Assembly: GCA_030324005.1 (NCBI GenBank)
Contig: JARDVH010000121.1
Location: 42,011,715 to 42,075,714, forward strand
Length of the DNA: 64,000 nucleotides
Direction of reading: 5' to 3'
DNA from: Negaprion brevirostris
Lineage: Eukaryota
Shown: one piece after another, positions 59,120-64,000 of the stretch
Numbering within the stretch: position 1 is the stretch's first letter
How the letters are laid out: the number at the start of each line of letters is the position of its first letter
Notes under the pieces: generated by a model
What the model was told of the DNA's origin: nothing
The model's input: the letters and a program-made list of their open reading frames with translations, nothing else
Database searches by the model: none
Position numbers and translations under genes: made by a program

Positions 59120-59500
59120 ATGGGGTATCCAGCATGGAAACAGCCCATTTAACCCAACAATTCTATGCTGATGTTTATGCTCCGCTCAAGTCTGCCCCCA
59201 CCTTTTCTTATTTAAATGTACCATTGTAACCATCCATTTCCTTCTCCCTCATGCATTTGTCGAGCTTCCCCTTAAATGCATTGATACTATTCACTTTAAC
59301 CACTCCCTTTGGTAGTGAGTTCCACATTCTTACTATTGGTTAAAGAAGTTTCTTCCAAATTCTCTATTGAATTTCTCAGATGCTTATTGATGATTTTTAG
59401 TTACTCTCTTCCCCACAAGAAGAAATATGCTCACTATACTCACTCTATCAAATTCTTTCATAATTTTAAAGACCTATATTGTCACACCTCAGCCTGTCAA
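59120..59500 (-). mobile_element. Decayed CR1 3' tail
   Basis: cagcatggaaacagccc..., ttccccttaaatgcat...ggtagtgagttccacattct, ataattttaaagacct. Confidence 0.6.
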
Positions 59501-60004
59501 TCCTTCCCTGATATGTATACCCATGAATTTCTGATCTCATCCTCCCTCATCTCTCCACCCATCTCAAGTAAAACACACAGCAAAATACCATTTCTGCAAA
59601 GATTCTGCAAATTTATGTTGAGTCATCACAAATCTGAAAAGCTTCCTAGAGTAGCTGAGCAACACAGATCAAGATGTTCTCAGGAATCGGTCCCAAATTT
59701 GATCCCATATCTGTACTGAGTTTGAAAATCTCAGCCAAGGCACCAACTGAGTCACAATGACTCATGTTGCCACACCCAGGATGATAAGGGAAAATCGGGT
59801 TTAGCCAGGATACATACATCCTCTCCTATTGTCAATTCGCCTGCCAACAAATCAAGGTTTGTATAAAAATAATGGATGGAGGTCTCGAAGTCCAGGGAAT
59901 GTATCAACTTGTCACATTAATTTCTCTTGTACCTTTTCTTTACTCATATTCATTACTTCAAGTTCCTCACTCTCATTGTGTCCTTATTCCTATTTCCAGT
60001 ACAG

Positions 60005-61390
60005 AAAAAAGATTTTCATCTATAAACTGCCTTGCACCACTACAGGATGTCCCAAATCATTCCCCAATGTCGTACTTCTGAAGTGCAGTCACTTTTGTAA
60101 TATAGGAAATGGAGCAGCCAATTGTTGTGGAGCAATATACTGTTATTTGTCATTTATATTAATCATTTGGATGAGAATGTAGGAGGCATGNNNNNNNNNN
60201 NNNNNNNNNNNNNNNNNNNNNNNNNNNNNNNNNNNNNNNNNNNNNNNNNNNNNNNNNNNNNNNNNNNNNNNNNNNNNNNNNNNNNNNNNNNNNNNNNNNN
60301 NNNNNNNNNNNNNNNNNNNNNNNNNNNNNNNNNNNNNNNNNNNNNNNNNNNNNNNNNNNNNNNNNNNNNNNNNNNNNNNNNNNNNNNNNNNNNNNNNNNN
60401 NNNNNNNNNNNNNNNNNNNNNNNNNNNNNNNNNNNNNNNNNNNNNNNNNNNNNNNNNNNNNNNNNNNNNNNNNNNNNNNNNNNNNNNNNNNNNNNNNNNN
60501 NNNNNNNNNNNNNNNNNNNNNNNNNNNNNNNNNNNNNNNNNNNNNNNNNNNNNNNNNNNNNNNNNNNNNNNNNNNNNNNNNNNNNNNNNNNNNNNNNNNN
60601 NNNNNNNNNNNNNNNNNNNNNNNNNNNNNNNNNNNNNNNNNNNNNNNNNNNNNNNNNNNNNNNNNNNNNNNNNNNNNNNNNNNNNNNNNNNNNNNNNNNN
60701 NNNNNNNNNNNNNNNNNNNNNNNNNNNNNNNNNNNNNNNNNNNNNNNNNNNNNNNNNNNNNNNNNNNNNNNNNNNNNNNNNNNNNNNNNNNNNNNNNNNN
60801 NNNNNNNNNNNNNNNNNNNNNNNNNNNNNNNNNNNNNNNNNNNNNNNNNNNNNNNNNNNNNNNNNNNNNNNNNNNNNNNNNNNNNNNNNNNNNNNNNNNN
60901 NNNNNNNNNNNNNNNNNNNNNNNNNNNNNNNNNNNNNNNNNNNNNNNNNNNNNNNNNNNNNNNNNNNNNNNNNNNNNNNNNNNNNNNNNNNNNNNNNNNN
61001 NNNNNNNNNNNNNNNNNNNNNNNNNNNNNNNNNNNNNNNNNNNNNNNNNNNNNNNNNNNNNNNNNNNNNNNNNNNNNNNNNNNNNTCAATGACTGTAATT
61101 ACAAAACTCCCACAAATAGCAATGAGGTAATGGATGGTTACTGTTTTTGTGATATAAATTGAGGGATAAATATTGGCCATGACACCAGGGACCCAATGGG
61201 TCTTCAAAAGTGTGTCGTCATGGAATTGTCTACACCCACTGAAGAGGACAAATGGAGTCTCAGTTTCATCCAAAAGGTGGCACCTCTAACTTTGCAGCAT
61301 TTCCTGAGCGTGCAATGGAATGTCAATCCTGATTCGTATATTCAAGTCCTGGAGTGGGACTTGAACCCAGAACTTTCTGCCTCAGAAATA
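60005..61390 (-). mobile_element. DeuSINE split by a (mostly gapped) plus-strand CR1 insertion at about 60130-61085
   Basis: SINE tail at 60005-60125 and head/core at 61090-61390 (gtgggacttgaaccc is the rc of a B box); between them LFVIYINHLDENVGGM is CR1 RT. Confidence 0.65.
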
Positions 61391-61404
61391 AGTGCGCAAC
61401 GAAC

Positions 61405-61700
61405 TTAAGTTTATTAATTTATTAGTCACAAGTAGGCTTATATTAACAATGCAATGAAGTTACAGCAAAAATCCCCTAGTTGCCACACTCTGGTGCCTGT
61501 TCTGGTGTACTGAGGGAGAATTTATCATGGCCAATTCACCTAACCTGCACATCTTTGTACTGTGGGAAGAAACTAGAATGCCTGGAGGAAACCCATGCAG
61601 GGGAGAATGTGTAAACTCCACACAAACGGTGACCCAAACTGGGAATCGAACCTGGGTCTCTGGCACTGTGAGACAGCAGTGTTCACCACTGTGCCACCAT
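61405..61700 (-). mobile_element. V-SINE, second-tail type
   Basis: Reverse-complement homologue of 56849-57140. Confidence 0.9.
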
Positions 61701-61967
61701 GCATAACTAAAGAACTTAAGCGTATATTGAACTGGGAGCAGGGTTAGGTAAATCACTGCACTGCAGCATCTCACCATGTAGGTGGGTCACCAGCAGGGCA
61801 ACTTTTACTCATTCAAAATTTCTTTTCATGCAAGGCAGCAAAGAGATGAGCAACACTACACCCTGATACGTTTCTCACTTATTAGGTGACATTTGAGAAT
61901 AGTTTAGCACATTTTTTTTTTGCGTCCTCCACTATGAAAACAGATACAATCATTAAGAATNNNNNNN

Positions 61968-62280
61968 TCCCTATAGTGCAGGAGGTGTCAATTCAGCACA
62001 TCAGGTCTGCCCGACTTGCCGACAAAGCCTCTTTCCTAGACCCACCCCTCTGCTTTATCCCATTAACCCTGTGCATTTTATCACAGCTAATCCACTTAAT
62101 CTACATATTTTTGGACATAAAGGGACAATTGGACTGTGGGAGGAAACCAGAGCACCCAAAGGAAATTCACAAAAGACACAGGGAGAAAGTGCAAACTTCA
62201 CACAGACAGATAGTCACCCAAGGCTGGAATCGAACCCAAGTCTCTGGCGTTGAGGCAACAGTGCTATTGACTCTGCCCCC
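61968..62280 (-). mobile_element. HE1-like V-SINE, CR1-tail type
   Basis: ccctatagtgcaggagg tail, actgtgggaggaaaccagagcaccc core, ggaatcgaaccc B box rc. Confidence 0.88.
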
Positions 62281-64000
62281 TGTCATTTCATTGGTCAAAT
62301 AGTACACCATTTGACCTGATGTTCACGAGGTCAGAAGTGTCTCTGACTTCACCATGCCATTATTTGCATTCCAACAAATCATGGTGCAAAAAAAAAAGTG
62401 GTGGTGAGGACAAAAAATTCAATTTGCAGCAATGTACTGCTCCAAAAAGTTCTGAGCCAATAATTATCTACCCAGGCCTTTGGTTTGTGTTTAAATTTAC
62501 TTTTATCTATTGAGTTTTAATAATGTACTTCAATCAATAAAAGACAAAAGGACCTCAACTTCTGCTGTCATGTTATCTTTTCTGGTTTCTCTCCCCCAGG
62601 ATTTTGTTTAGTTAACATTTTAATCAGTTAAAATATGAAACAACTCCAAGCAGAATTAGGCATTCTTGAACTTTTCATACATATTACCAGAGATCAAGAA
62701 ATAATTAAGAAATATTGATTGTTTTGTCAGTTGACACAATAGCATCATTGACCATCATAATCAATCCACTAAATTTACATTATCGAAAAACATCAAAATT
62801 AACTATGGTTAGTTAAGTAACCATACTTAATGAATTATTAAACACAACTGACAACAGTTGTATGATAAATTTGATTATTTGCAATCAATTAATTCTTAAT
62901 GCAATAGCTTTAACAGCTTCAGTTTAACAGACCAGTCATATTCTGAAGTTTAGTGATAATTGGTTGCTCTGAATCAACTTCCCCAACCCATTTCAGGATG
63001 TCCCACTTCTTTTGGTGCCTTGCTGAACTAGTAATCTGTTAGTTTATGCATCCTGCCACAATAGCCCTTCTAAGCAGTTTCTGTGAACCTTGTTGATTCG
63101 AGCAGTTGTATCTGGCATTTCTGATTAAAATGAATCCACTTGCCACTGCACATATCACCTTCATCTGACACCAACATGCATATGTTTTTCTGCCATTTGG
63201 TAAGCAGAGCAGGACCAGACACAAGCAGCTGAATTGTAGAATTTGTGGGATTGTTGAAGACCAGAAAAACAGTATTANNNNNNNNNNAAGTAAACAAAAG
63301 CTTGGACAAGGATCGGGGAAAGGCTGATTTAGGAGTGCAGGCAGGTTGTACACACAAAACAGTCAGACCTAAAAATAGATAGGGCATAAAATTTGAACCT
63401 CAGCTCATCAGTAAAGTTATGCCAGGTTCAATCTAAATAATTGGCCATACAGGAAGTCACTCAACTGATAGAGACACAAAATGTGTGTCACATCAGCATT
63501 TTCTATGCATTTCGAATCAATTCCCCTTTTTTTTTTAAAGCTTGTATCTCATTTTGCATCTATCAGGCATTAAAATTTTAACAGCTCTGTATATAGTTCT
63601 CTTAACATTTACTGTTCAATATCCTTTCAGTCTGCTTTGTTTTGCCTTCAGCATTTAAAAGGCCTCTGACAAAGGCATTAATTACATTCCTTATGACTAC
63701 AATTGAAGGAAATTATCATTCCTTACCTCCCCAATTTTTAAAATTTCTTTTGGTCTTGACTGGTGATTTCGTCTAATCTTTTTCCTCAATCCATCTCATC
63801 ACGGTTTAACAATTTCGCCAGCAACCCACACAACCTCTTCTCCACATTTGGCTGGTCAACTTACACATCAGAAGCTAGGCATAGCACAATGCATGTACTG
63901 GAATGGTTAATCTCAGGACACAGGAGCAAACTGACCTGTTGACTTAATTCATACACTTATCACCGATGGGCGATACTCACCAAAGGACTAATCTGGGGGT

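Noticed and set aside
60122-61273. Long ORFs of 300+ aa (also 12492-13130, 38273-39086)
   Set aside because: Their length comes from N runs translated as X.

Overview
This is eukaryotic vertebrate genomic DNA, almost certainly from an elasmobranch (shark or ray), judged by HE1-type V-SINEs, CR1/HER1-like LINEs and DeuSINEs. It comes from a gappy draft assembly with many N runs. The main gene is ARFGAP1 on the minus strand. I reconstructed it by hand from GT-AG splice sites as 12 core coding exons from ATG 57248 to TAG 29478, plus the 30-nt alternative (brain-type) exon at 37447-37476. One coding exon is interrupted by a 10-N gap. Near the left edge is a single plus-strand exon (334-435) matching neprilysin/MME; I could not find its downstream exons in the window. 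A CpG-retaining block at about 3.3-5.5 kb, containing a 47-bp minisatellite, may carry an unannotated minus-strand transcript. The rest is mostly decayed transposable elements: CR1, L2 and Rex1/Babar LINEs, several tRNA-SINE families, two solo LTRs of one family, PIF/Harbinger-type MITEs and a Penelope-like palindromic remnant. Nearly all entries in the ORF track are TE-derived or spurious. I found no CRISPR, rRNA or true tRNA gene, and no clear evidence of a novel multi-gene system. The most notable signals are the ARFGAP1 alternative-splicing architecture, a 33-bp intronic hairpin, a local AT-to-GC shifted patch and the orphan MME-like exon. Family assignments and mammalian comparisons are from memory of consensus sequences, not from database searches. 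Repeat boundaries are approximate.
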